In this document: positions 12,401 through 25,165 of the stretch, piece after piece
Numbering within the stretch: the first letter of the stretch is position 1
How the letters are laid out: every line of letters starts with the position of its first letter
Source of the DNA: Octopus vulgaris
Taxonomy: Eukaryota
NCBI GenBank assembly: GCA_951406725.2
Contig: OX597819.1
Location: 133,920,001 to 133,984,000 of the forward strand
Length of the DNA stretch: 64,000 nucleotides
Reading direction: 5' to 3'
Program-made: the position numbers and the translations under genes
Notes under the pieces: model-generated
Databases searched by the model: none
What the model was told of the DNA's origin: nothing
Seen by the model: the letters and a program-made list of their open reading frames with translations, nothing else

Positions 12401-13081
12401 AACAAGCTTATTTTAGTAATGAACGCAATTGTCAGGATCATTGATTGGCTCGTTCTCAAATTATTCTAATGTCATTTTTTTTTCGGATACAGTTCTTCTT
12501 TAAGAAAAGCGTTTTTCGCAGGTGTTAGGCTACAGACATTCTAAAACTTACATTTTACGAAGATATCTCAGGGTAACTCCATGCGTCCTTTTACCGAATT
12601 CTGACAGAAAGAGCTGTTTTTTTTTTCTCTCTTTAAAGTTTGGAAATATCTGAACCTTCACCTGTTGCTAGTCCCAGATAAACATCAAGTAAGGCCCACA
12701 TTAATGTTCATATATATAGGAAGCAGCTTCATTTCTCCAAATAGACATTTTGATCCGACTCAAAATGAAGGCTATTCGACTAACGATGCAGATTTCATCG
12801 ATGCATTACAACTGCTAAAAAGTAGATGAGTGGTTTCCTACCTAAAGCACCAAACTGTTTGTCCTCTCCACACAACAATCCGACCGTTCAATCTCTTCTC
12901 TTCACATGGTACTTAAGGCGTGCCATCTTCCGGAATGCACATGAATCCATTCGCCAATTCTTACTTCCCTAAAAATATTTGTGAAGATACCTCCCGTTCA
13001 TACTGACTTCTTTACGTTGAAGCCATTATTTTCACCATTCTGTAAGATGGGCAAATGTCTTGAACATCTGTTGCTAAGGGC

Positions 13082-13283
13082 ATACACAAAACACACACAC
13101 ACACAAACGCAAGCACAAACAGACACACACACACATACACACAAACAGACACTCACTCAAACGCACATACACACACCACACACATACACACACATACACA
13201 AAAACAAACACAAAGACACACAAACATAGACTCACACAAACATACACACACACAAACGTACACACACACATATACACCTACAC
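13082..13283. repeat. Degenerate (CA)n microsatellite
   Basis: Visible repeat. Confidence 0.9.
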
Positions 13284-14495
13284 AAAACTTGCATGAAATT
13301 CCTAGTGAGTGTAGCGTACAAAAAAAGACTTGAAGTAACAGTTCCCTTCCAGGTGTTTTATTTTGTATTAATATTCGGTGAGATAGGAAGGACGAGCAGA
13401 AGCCGATATTTGTAAATGTCACTAAATTTTTATATCGCTGAAATCTATTAACTAAAATAAAATTGAAATATTCTTTAAATCCTTTCTTTCTCTAAAAAAA
13501 ACGAGTGTTTTTATATATATTTGTATATATTGTTTACATATATTTGCAAGACATCAAATAAACGTTATTGGTATTTCTTTTCTTTTTTTTTTTTTTTAGG
13601 AAATGAAAGTATCAAACTATAAAGTGCACCATTTTTCCATTTGTTTCAATTTACAGTTTGCCATAACGCTATTTTTCTGTTTTCCAAAAGTCACGCAAAT
13701 TTATTGGAAACACTTTAGTGCTGCCGGATATATCAACGAACACAGGATTAATTTGTGGCAAACAATTAGCTTGTAATATATTGTGTGGCGTGCAACGAAT
13801 GGAAACTAGCAAACGCTGGCAACCTAGGAAAAACACGTGTTTCCAGTAACGCAGTTGAAAATACGGGTTTTCTTTTCGATTTTTAGTTTTAGTAATATTC
13901 CATAAATAGAAATGAAATCAGAGAAATGTAATTGTGCAAGCTACAATGCTAAGCGTGCCATTTTACAAATGTTTTATTTATCGAACGCGAATGAACGTTT
14001 TCTGAAACGAGAAAACTAAAAGAATGTCAGCTTCAAATTACACATTTTTGAAAAGGAAAACAGTCATTTGAGAGTTTGTCTGCATTGGACATGTTCTTCA
14101 CTGTATTACCAATCACAGCTATCTTCAAAATAAAACATTAATTGATTCCATTAACATTCCAAAATAGATATTTTTCCGGTGTATTGTCGACAGAACAACT
14201 TTTCATAGAAGGTTTAAATATGAGTTAGCATTTGAAGACTATGCAATATATAATATATTGCTCATAACGAGATATTGATATATTTGTAATCAAATTCCTG
14301 TGCGTTTATAAATCAGAAATACGATTAGGAGTCTAAATAAGGTTTTCTCTGCGGAAGTCATCCTCGTGGTCACTCTGAAGTGAGAGAGACTAGTTAATAG
14401 CGTCAGAGCAGCTTCTACTGTCGGGGGATTTCACACAAACCAACCTCAACCACCGAATTTCTTTCCCTCTGCCACAACTGTTACTTCCTCTACAC

Positions 14496-15610
14496 CAGTG
14501 TTTCCCAAACTTTTCGCGCCAAATTGCAATAGCGCCCAACTATCAGCCAAAAACTTCTCCATCGCCCAGCTGTTAAAACCCGGACACAACCTCCCTAAAG
14601 CAAAATTCCCCAGGAAACCCACTCCCTGTATCATTTGATACGCACACTATATTTTAGACTCGTTGCCCTGTAAGTGCCGTTTGGACTAAATATGCGGTTG
14701 TTTACAAATCCCTCATTACGGGTTTAGTTTTGCCATTAGTGTGAATAAAATTCTAACTTTAACTCTATATTATGCAGAACAGATTAACTTCTGGAAGCTT
14801 GCGCTTTCTTTTACACTGATTTTCATTTTCCCCAAATGAACCCTTGATCAGAACTACCGATGCAAAAATAATTTATGGTTGTTTTATAAAGTAAAATAAT
14901 ATAACTTTTTAATGAGAACCATGTGTCTGGTGCAATTGCAGCTAGTGCAGGTATATTCGGTTTTAAATTGTCGACTTTAGCCGCAAGTCTCCTCGTTGTG
15001 TCACATCCAGTCCAATTCTTTTTTGGGAAAGTAAAGTTCCAACATGGTTAAAACCAGATTCAACCGGGTATGAGGTAGGGAAGGCAAGCAAAAGTAATTT
15101 CAGATGTTCCCACAGATTGCGGTAAGAATTTAATATACACTGATGGTACCACATACCATCTTTGCCATTACGGCGATATCGCATTGTGGCGTCATTGTCA
15201 TTTTGTAACTCTATCAATTCCTCCGGAAGGTCATCCTCGCAATTGACTGCATCGACCTCAAACGGATTGCTATACCAATTTGGAATATTCAGCGCAATAA
15301 CATCTTGAAATCGCTCCACCATGTTATCGTGCAATGATAGTAAATAGTTGCGATATGTAGTTAAATCCTCATCAACTAATTCACCTTTCAAAGAATCAAA
15401 TTGTGGAAATTGATGTTAGTCTTATACAACACCAATTTCGAAAGGAAAGTTGTGATAAATGATTTACAATCAACGAGAGTTTTTCTGTTTCCTTGCAATA
15501 ACATATTCAAATCATTTAATTTTGTGAATATATCACAAAGAATAAGATATCGCACCTTGCAGCCATGAATGAAGCGGATAGTGGAGTATCTTCAAAGAAA
15601 GATATGAGAA
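14496..15610 (-). mobile_element. hAT (Buster/Charlie, ZBED8/SCAND3-like) transposon, 3' part with TIR
   Basis: C-terminal LLLAFPTSYPVESGF..RGDLRL. TIR CAGTGTTTCCCAAACT at 14496 is preceded by ctcTAcac, a Buster-type NNNTANNN target. Confidence 0.88.
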
Positions 15611-16104
15611 TACCCTCCATCAGGCGTTTACCATATTCTGAAAGCCTTACTTCCCTGGGCATGGATACATTGAAACTCCGACGCCTGGCAGCTGACTTGG
15701 CAGACACCCATAAAATTATTAACCATCTTACAAACAATAACTCTGAGCACCTTTTCAAACTCCACCTGTCTAACACCCGTGGACATATTTACAAAGTCAG
15801 AAAACAGCACAGCTCCCATGACTTTCGGAAACATTTTTTCATGCTAAGAGTTGCTGAAGCATGGAACAGACTGCCGACATCAGTTGTTAGTTGTCGGAGC
15901 ACTGCATCTTTCAAAACTTCCATGCTTCCTGACATTTGCCAACACTACACCTGGTTTTCTCCCCTCCATACACACACAAGCATGTATCTGACTCATACAC
16001 TGTTCACTTCCCAGACATTTGTACATTACTGCATATACTTTATACGCACTTTCTGACAAGTTGTGGTGCACCTGGGCACTGTATACAATAATTTCATTAT
16101 TATT
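15608..16104 (+). mobile_element. CR1/L2-group LINE 3' end inserted in the hAT element
   Basis: LPYSESLTSLGMDTLKLRRLAADL..TRGHIYK..RKHFFMLRVAEAWNRLP, then a 3'UTR and (ATT)n tail. Confidence 0.85.
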
Positions 16105-17180
16105 TTTTTTTTTTTCTCTTCTTTCAAATTTGCTTCCATTTCTTGCCGAGTGTCTTCCCGACTCCTAGGGCAAAGAAACTCATAGTATACATTGGTAGGC
16201 CATTAAACCAAACTCAATAGTTCGTTCATTTTTTTTTTTTTTTTTAAAGTTAAATTAAAATACATGAGAAGCAACAGTTCTCACATCGACAATGCTCTTC
16301 TCAATACGTGTGATGTACCAGTTAAGACAATCTTTTGCACTTCTTGCAGGGATGGTAAGCCAGGGATCATTCTCATATAATTTTCGGTTCCCTTCTTGAT
16401 CATTCCTAGTGCTCCTACGATCACTGGTATTGTAACCGCCTTGAGATGCCACATTTTCTCAATTTCAATGAGGAGGTCTTTATATTTTCTGAGCTTGTCA
16501 AACTCTTTCGCTGAGATATTATGATCACAGGGGATGCTCATGTCGATCAATAAGCAAACTTTATTGTTTTGGTCTTTCACAACAATATCTGGTTTATTGG
16601 CCTTGATGGTTCGGTCTGTATGTACTGGAAAGTCCCACAGAATGGTTACGTTTTCTCCTTCAGTTACAGCCTCAGGGTGGTGATTATACCACTTGTCGGC
16701 AGTTTTGATATTGTAATGCCGACTAATTAGCCAGTGGAGATATTGGCCAACTCTGTCATGTCTTAATTTATACTCCACTGGTGCTAAGACTTTACATCCA
16801 GAGATTAGGTGGTCCACTATTTCAATCATGTCGTTGCAGAATCGGCATTTTGGGTCTGCTCCATTTTTCATCACATTGGCCTGGTAGTTCCGGGTTAATA
16901 GGCTTTGATCTTGAGCAGCCAGGATGAAACCTTCGCTCTCTGCTTTTAGCCCTGAGCTCCGTAGCCACTGATGGGTTTGCTTCTGGTCAACATCAGCTTG
17001 TTTGCTGCGGGTCACATATTTGCCGTGCAGAGGTTTCTCCTCCCACCTATCAGCCAATTGCTCGTGCGCTTTTTCATTGCCATCATTTTCACCTTCTTTG
17101 CAACAATAGTTGCCGTACTTCCCTCGGGTTGTTCAGTTTGGGTATCCTGCACGAGATCAATAGCAAATTTTTTGCTTTCC

Positions 17181-17181
<1 letters not shown>
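16105..17181 (-). mobile_element. 5'-truncated R4/Dong element with intact CCHC+RLE ORF, inserted in the CR1 (ATT)n tail
   Basis: ORF 16281-17057: CRFC..HLISGC..RHD, KPDIVV..LLIDMSIP, K..KY. Close relative of 8600-9680; (TTA)n on both sides. Confidence 0.92.
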
Positions 17182-17236
<55 letters not shown>

Positions 17237-17239
<3 letters not shown>

Positions 17240-17965
17240 GAGCGTAAAACACAGTTTCCTTTTGACAACCACCGCACTTCGGTATGGTATAAGAGTTTAG
17301 TATGGTCCCCATCATTTCTGAGAGAGTTGACGAAAAATTCTATCAGACAAGGGACTGGACATCAATTTGATCACAGCCTTGATAACTAACTGTAGCGTAT
17401 CATTCAATCTACCGTTCATATTTTTTGCCACTAAATGCTGCCGGTGTGCCAGGCAATGAACAGTTAGTATCTGGTGGGAAATTTCACGCTTAAGGAGAGA
17501 TGAAAACCTCTGTATCTTCCTTTCATCGAAAGACTCCATCAGACGCACAGGGAAGAATATTACTGGGTGGGATATTATGTTCAAAAAGGAAAGACTTGAG
17601 AGTGTAAAAAATAGTCGCACCTTTTGAATCAAGCGATAATTTCTCTGTGAGCGGTATTTCCTCACAAGGTTGAAGGTCTTCACTGAAATACCGAACGTAT
17701 ACCATCATCAAACATTGATTGTCGACAACAATTGACTCATCCACTTGTATAGAAAACTCAGAACGCTGGAGAACATTAATGAGCTGATGCTTGACATCGT
17801 TGGCCCTTTTCATCGATGCGTCGAGAAATTGTGTTTTTACAAAGTGGAAACTTCTTCATAATGTTATCAGGTTTTTCGTGCATAACGGTTGACAAAGCCT
17901 CTTCGATAACTGGGCGAAGCAATGTTTCTCCAATTGTGTGAGACTTCCCAGAGTTAGCATTTAAA
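17237..17965 (-). mobile_element. hAT transposase middle part
   Basis: SGKSHTIGETL, NTISRRIDE, FSIQVDES, CASDG, HCLAHRQHL, HTEVRWLSKG. Confidence 0.88.
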
Positions 17966-17969
17966 ATCT

Positions 17970-20900
17970 GAAAGAAAAATAATCGAGATAAAGATTTGGA
18001 TATAGCAATGAACCCTAGTAAACTAGCTAACATACGCAGATATATTCTCAAAGCAAAAAATATTAGAAACAAAAATAGAGCACTCAGGTAAACGTAAATA
18101 ATAACCACACAGCAATTCCGACTAATATCATAATCACCGTAAAATACGAAAACAGATGTAACATGTCCAACAAAAATGAAGTGAGTAACGAAAGACAACC
18201 CGTAGAAATGTATACTTATGAGCAAAATGCTCGAAACCAGAACACCACAGGCAAAAAATCTGAACGGGAGGGAATGCGGAACAAATCAAAAACCTGGAAA
18301 CAGCGATGGTGAAACTAATGATTGTGATACTATCAAAGATAAGCCTAAGCAAAGAATTGAAAGCCACAGATCTCAGTATGGACCACCGATTATGACTCCC
18401 AAAAATTAAAATTGATAATAGAACAACATCAATAATAAATAACATGAAACTGGCCGTCACAGAAACAAATGTCAATATGACCAGGTTAAATGATATAATA
18501 TATGCAGCAGCCTCCGTGGCCACAAAAGAAGCTGGATACCCTTCACATCCATACAAACAGGAGCATCACCACCCAAACAAACCCTTTGGATAAATAATAT
18601 CCAGAAAAAATAGAAAATAAGAGAAAGGATTTGTCAATCCTTAATGAAACTAGTAGACAATGAACACTGGTAAACAAGAAGAGAAGAAAAATACTACAAA
18701 CATATAAACTTACAGGAGAAAGTATTCCTGAGGTAAAAGAAAAGCTAAAGCAAGATATCCTCGCTAAAGTACAAAGAATCCGCCGGTATGGGAAACAGTT
18801 CAACTCAAACCCCAAAAGATTATACCGAGAACTTGGTAAAAATATAATAGAGATCAATACAGCAGCGCCAAGAGCAGAAGAAGTGAAAGAATTTTGGAAA
18901 GAAATATGGTCGGCGAAGGAACAACCACAGAAAAGATATATCAAAATTTTAAAAAAACAGCAGCTGAATAATTCTGGGCTTTTATAACAACTGAAGAGGT
19001 CACCCAGGCACAGCAAAAGCTAAGCAACTATAAGACAACCGATTGCGATAAGATCCACAGCTTCTGGTGTGTATCTCACAGGAATACATAGAAATTTAAT
19101 GAAATACTAGCAGAGCCAGAGACAAAGCCTGAATGGCTCGCAGAAGGGAAACTATCTTAATTCCAAAATCCACTGAAACGGCAAACCCATAAATTACAGA
19201 CCTATAACTTGTCTCCTTAGAATTTACGAAGTCTTTACTGCAATAATATTGCAGAGAATGGGCAAACATCTGGAAGAAAATAACATGTTTCCAGAAGAGC
19301 AGAAAGGATATTGCAAGGACTCATACGGCTGTAAAGATCAGCTGCTGATCAATAAAGCCATAACTGAAGACAGCCGAAGAAAGAAGAAGGGTCTAACTAT
19401 GGCTTAGATCGATAATCGAAAGGCTTTTGATGGTATTCCCCACACGTGGATCCTAGAAACACTAGCCATGAACAAGGTAGCAGAAATAATCATGAAATAT
19501 ATAAAATATTTCATGAATAAATGGAAAACAGCGCTACAGCCCCAGTCAAAAGAGGGACTCATAAAAACTAAAGCCATCCCCATTAGAGGAGAAATAGTCC
19601 AGGGAGTCACGCTTTCTCCATTCCTTTTCTGCTTAGCAATGACACCTTTATCTGACATGCTAAACAGAACTGGATATAGATACAACTGTTACAGCAAAAC
19701 AATCAACCATCTCTTGTATATGGATGATCTAAAACTGTATGCTACAAATGATAAACAGCTTAAAATATTAATACAGACAGTACATGGATTTACCAAATGT
19801 GCCAAAGCAGCCTTGAAAAGAGGAAAACTAGTTACGAGTAACAACATCATACTCGATAAAGCAAATGAGATGAGAGAATTAGACCAAAGCCAGATATACA
19901 AATACTTGAGAATCAATGAACGAGATAAGATACAACACACACAAATGAAAGAGAAGATAAGAAAGGAATATTATAGACGGGTTTGATTAATAATGAAAAG
20001 AGCACAATGCGAAAAACAAGATAATAATTATCAACACACTAGCCGTGCCAGTTATAAGTTACAACTACAATATTCTTGACTGGAATCTAAATGAACTAAA
20101 TCAAAATAGACAGGAAAACAAGAAAAATAATGACAAGATTTAGGATATGGAAATTTTATATGTACAACGTATCAAAGGTGGTTGAGGCTTTTTTCAGCTA
20201 GAAACTATTACAAAATAACCACTATACGATTACAAAAATCTACTTCAGTAGCAAGGAAAACTGGTACAAATAACCACAAAGCACGAACAAAGCAAAAAAC
20301 TGTTTTCTGTCTTTTAGGAAGCTGACAAAAACAAAAAAGAAGTCATAGTACCAAACAATTATGAAGAAAAGGAAGAAACAAAAAAAGCTGTAAAACAACT
20401 GAAATCCAAGCTAAAACTAGAAGAGCAGTGGATCACGATAAAACCGATGGCAAGAAAATCCCCTACATGGCAAATATTGGATTAAGGTATACAGAAAGGA
20501 AATAGACAAACCAAACTCCCAACAATGGCTTAGAAGCCCAGGACTCAAAGATGAGACTGAAGGATTTTTAATTGCAACACAAGATCAAAGACTTCCCACC
20601 ACAAATCACCAAAAACACGTAATGAAAAGACAAGTAACTCCAGAATATGTGGTGATGGGGAAAGAACAATAAATCATATTGTTTATGGCTGCCCAGTCCT
20701 GGCAAAGAAGGAATATATTCACAGACACGACAGAGTTGGAACCTATATACACTGGAAGCTATGCCAGTATTGTGGAATAACAACATAAAAATGGCAGAGG
20801 CACATCCGAGAAAAGGTCATAGAAAATGAGAAAGCAACCATACTCTGTGATGTGCCAATACACACAGAGAAATCAAGGCTAATAAGCCGGATATAGTTGT

Positions 20901-21226
20901 CAGAGATAACCAAGAAAACAAATGCTTTCTAATTGGTATATCAATACCAACAGATGGCAACGTTTCTCTAAAAGAAACGGAATTTTGGAAATAGAGGTAA
21001 CTCGAATGTGGGGCCAAAAAACAGAAACAGTAGACGCATTAGATATGATAGAAAAACATTCACACAAACACATAGAAAAAACACCATGACTTACAAGTAT
21101 ATATAACACAGAAAATAGCACTACAAGGCATTGCACACATCCTATGTAACACACTTTCGATACAGTGAAAATAAGAGCATCCCAACAAACCAGAGCATAT
21201 ACCCAAGGTACAAGACCACTTAATAA
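17970..21226 (+). mobile_element. Degenerate near full-length R4/Dong element (second subfamily)
   Basis: YRPITCL, GCKDQLLINK, LYMDDLKLY, QWLRSPGLK, RHDRVG, NKPDIVV; many stops and frameshifts. Confidence 0.88.
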
Positions 21227-22350
21227 TGAGAAGAAGAAGAAGAAGAAGAAGAAGAAGAAGAAGAAGAAGAAGAAGAAGAAGAAGAAGAAGAAGAAGAAGA
21301 AGGAGAAGGAGAAGAAGAAGAAGAAGAAGAAGAAGAAGAAGAAGGAGAAGAAGAAGAAGAAGAAGAAGAAGAAGAAGAAGGAGAAGAAGAAGAAGAAGAA
21401 GAAGAAGAAGAAGAAGAAGAAGAAGAAGGAGAAGGAGAAGAAGAAGAAGAAGAAGGAGAAAGGAGAAGAAGAAGAAGAAGAAGAAGAAGAAGAAGAAGGA
21501 GAAGGAGAAGAAGAAGAAGAAGAAGAAGAAGAAGGAGAAGAAGAAGAAGAAGAGGAGAAAGAAGAAAGAGAAGAAGAAGAAGAAGAAGAAGAAGAAGAAG
21601 AAGAAGAAGAAGAAGAAGAAGAAGAAGAAGAAGAGGAGAAAGAAGAAGAAGAAGAAGAAGAAGAAGAAGAGGAGAAAAGAAGAAGAAGAAGAAGAAGAAG
21701 AAGAAGAAGGGAGAAAGAAGAAGAAGAAGAAGAAGAAGAAGAAGAAGAAGAAGAAGAAGAAGAAGAAGAAGAAGAAGAAGAAGAAGAAGAAGAAGAAGAA
21801 GAAGAAGAAGAAGAAGAAGAAGAAGAAGAAGGAGAAGAAGAAGAAGAAGAAGAAGAAGAAGAAGAAGAAGAAGAAGAAGGAGAAAGAAGAAGAAGAAGAA
21901 GAAGAAGAAGGAGAAAGAAGAAGAAGAAGTAGAAGAAGAAGAAGAAGAAGAAGAGAGGAGAAGAAGAAGAAGAAGAAGAAGAAGAAGAAGAAGAAGAAGA
22001 GGAGAAAGAAGAAAGAAGAAGAAGAAGAAGAAGAAGAAGAAGAAGAGAGGAGAAAGAAGAAGAAGAAGAAGAAGAAGAAGAGGAGAAAGAAGAAGAAGAA
22101 GAAGAAGAAGAAGAAGAAGAAGAAGAAGAAGAAGAAGAAGAAGAAGAAGAAGAAGAAGAAGAAGAAGAAGAAGAAGAGGAGAAAGAAGGAGAAGAAGAAG
22201 AAGAAGAGGAGAAAGAAGAAGAAGAAGAAGAAGAAGAAGAAGAAGAAGAAGAAGAAGAAGAAGAAGAAGAAGAAGAAGAAGAAGAAGAGGAGAAAGAAGA
22301 AGAGGAGAAAGAAGAAGAAGAAGAAGAATAGGAGAAAGAAGAAGAAGAAG
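21227..22350. repeat. ~1.1-kb (GAA)n polypurine microsatellite
   Basis: Visible repeat; source of the poly-K/E/R/S/F ORFs. Confidence 0.97.
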
Positions 22351-22966
22351 AATGCAGAATGTGTAGTGAGAGGAGTGAAGCGGTTATGCGAATGCCTGAA
22401 ATTGTAACAACTCGAATGCAAAATACGCCATGACAATGTAGCAAGAATGATCCATTGGGAGCAGTGTGGAAATCACGGCCTACAAAGAGCAAAAACGTGG
22501 TATGAGAAAACTGCAGAAGGAGTCACCGAAAATGAGAATTGCAAAATGCTGTGGGATGCAATGACCAGACATCGGAAACAGGACGTTGTTGTGAATCAAA
22601 AAGAAAGAACATGTATGATAATCGACATAGCATGTCCCGGTGACAAAAGAAGAAGAAAAAAATAAACAACTATGACGATTTGAAGTGAGAAATACGAAGG
22701 TTGCGGTCAATGAAGAGAGTCGACGTGATGCCAATAGTAATTGGTGCAGTTGGAAGTATCAGCACTCAACTACGAACATGTCCGAAAAAGATCGGTGCAA
22801 GTGTGAAGGTAGAACACCTACAAAAATCATCATTGCTTGGAACTGCAAGAATTCTTGGCAGGGTTCTTGAAGCATGACCGGTAAAACAAGTGTCACCTTA
22901 GTTTGGCAGCTGTGGACAGCTGACACCTTCATCATTGGGATTTTTCATGTAATAATAATAATAATA

Positions 22967-22985
<19 letters not shown>
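22351..22985 (+). mobile_element. R4/Dong-like RLE 3' fragment with (AAT)n tail
   Basis: RHDNVARMIHW, LWDAM, IIDIACPGD, IVIGAVG, LQKSSLLGTARIL. Confidence 0.85.
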
Positions 22986-23005
<20 letters not shown>

Positions 23006-23181
23006 GATTTCAGACAAAAACTCAAAAGTATCCTACAATAGGAACTTGATCTTCTTGCTGTAGGAAGTAGAAAGCCATCCATCCAATTTTGGAGTGGTTA
23101 GATGGTTTTAGGAGTGAAATATTTCACAGGACCCATGCCAAAAAATTCTAATAAACTGTATCGATTCAAAGAATACTCCTC

Positions 23182-23285
<104 letters not shown>

Positions 23286-23774
23286 CACACTATGCACATA
23301 TTAAATTGAAACACTGAAATCACGTTTCTATATAGACATTGTTTTCTCTTATCTTGTGTATTCTAACACATGATATAACTTTAAATTAAGAGATAAACAT
23401 TGCCATTAGATGTCGCAGCAGAAACAAAGCAAAACCGCTTTCCTTTATAACATGAATGTGCGTTTTTCATTTCTCAGAGATTAAAATATTTTAATCTTTG
23501 AAAAATGGCTGACTTTTCTTTGAGTCTTCATTCAGGAAGGTAACGATCGATTACAACAGAAGACACTGCATATCTATTCTTTCTTCACTGTCCTGAATTA
23601 CACACATACACACACTTACACGCTCACATATAGACACAAATAGACACAAGCATACACTCAAACACACACACATTCACACACACAGGCATACAGACATATA
23701 TATATATAATTATATTACAGATATGTACATGCATAGCAAGTGACATAATCTGAAATCGTGTGTTGAAACATAAG

Positions 23775-24050
23775 CAATTGCAACGTGGAAGGTGTTTATA
23801 AGCCATTTAAAAACACACAAAAACAGATTCACTTCACATCTAAATTTAATTTGTCAAAATATTTTCGTCGCTTTGAGACCGTGACCTGTTCACTGATAAA
23901 ATCCAGATGCAGCACGGAATTTTGTCAGTGAACAGGTTGCAGTTTTCAAAGCAAAAAAATATTTTGGCAAATTAAATTTAAATGTTGAAGTGAATCTAAC
24001 TGGTTTTGTGTGTTTTAAATGGTTTATAAACACCTTCCACGCTGCAATTG
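23775..24050. repeat. Imperfect ~130-bp-arm palindrome with variant hammerhead motifs (PLE-like inverted terminus)
   Basis: Arms 23775-23904 and 23916-24050 are reverse complements; each contains TCA-GTGAACA-GGT in hammerhead topology. Confidence 0.8.
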
Positions 24051-24229
24051 TATAATTATGTATAGAGAAAGATGTGTGTGTGTGTGTGTGTGTGTGTGAG
24101 TGTGTGTGTGTTTGTAAACAAATAATGAATATTGAAAACATTTGGCATCATTCTAAAACATTTCATTTATATAAGCGTAGTGCAGAGCAGTTACAATAAA
24201 TGCGTAACGTCTCTTACAGCTGTTTCTAG

Positions 24230-24682
24230 GATAGCTGAGCATGCGCACAAGCTGACGAATTTTCTCCACATTTCCGTGGGTGACTCTCCTTGGTAGGTCT
24301 TCCAGATCGCTCGTCGTCTTCCAGGGACGGTCTTCCGCTTTTGGAGCGTCCGTCCGTCCCACCCGAAACATTGCGTACGACCCATTGCCTCGTCATCGTC
24401 AGCTTGCTGAAGCATGCTCAATGACTCTATGACAGACATCCCAAATTTAACGCAAAATTTCACGTTGTCTCTTAATTCCAGCTTCCTGCCCATGTCAAAA
24501 TCGCCAAATTTACCATGCACGTGATCACAAAAACCCAAATATTACAACTTGCAAAGTAAATATAGTAATATCACTCGGCACACTGCCCTATGGAGGTGAC
24601 TGCTAGGTCTCACTGTGCACATAACTGTGTGCTGTCATCTGTTGGCGCGCTACAGAACGAGTCAGGAAACCTTTTCATACAG
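24230..24682 (-). mobile_element. Mariner transposon 5' fragment (HTH region)
   Basis: LELRDNVKFCVKFGMS..EAMGRTQCFGW..SLEDDERSGRP. Confidence 0.8.
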
Positions 24683-25090
24683 TGTGGCTCTCAAGCATAT
24701 GCTTCCGGGTTCATTCTCAATGGGCAGCACCTTGAGCAAGTGTCTTCAACTATAGCCTCGAGCCGACCAAAGGCTTGTGAATGGCGACAGAAACTGAATG
24801 AAGCCTGTCATATATATATGTATCTGTATATATATATATATATATATGTATATATGTGTGTGTGTGTGTATGTGTGTGTGTGTGTGTCTGTATCTGTGTT
24901 TGTCCCTCCTACCACCGCATGACAACAAGTGTTGGTTTGTTTACGTCCCCTTAACTTAGCGGATCGTCATAAAAGCCGAGCGAATAAGTACCAGGCTTTA
25001 GGAAGTATTAAGGTCGATTCATTGGAGTGAAAATTCCTCAAGACGGTGCTCCAGCATGGCCGCAGTCTAATGACTGAAAGCAAAGATAAG
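24683..25090 (+). mobile_element. tRNA-derived SINE family A
   Basis: Homologous to 4333-4710. Confidence 0.8.
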
Positions 25091-25111
25091 ACACACACAC
25101 ACACGCACTCG

Positions 25112-25154
<43 letters not shown>

Positions 25155-25165
25155 GTATGTATATA

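Noticed and set aside
12500-13070. Possible Tc1-like transposase relic on the minus strand
   Set aside because: Only a weak EDGTP-like motif; too degenerate to support.
14963-17965. Domesticated ZBED8/SCAND3-like host gene
   Set aside because: Frameshifts, nested insertions and a TIR show a dead hAT transposon.
20900-22492. Long ORFs of 255-530 aa (poly-S/F/K/E/R)
   Set aside because: Read-through of the (GAA)n microsatellite.
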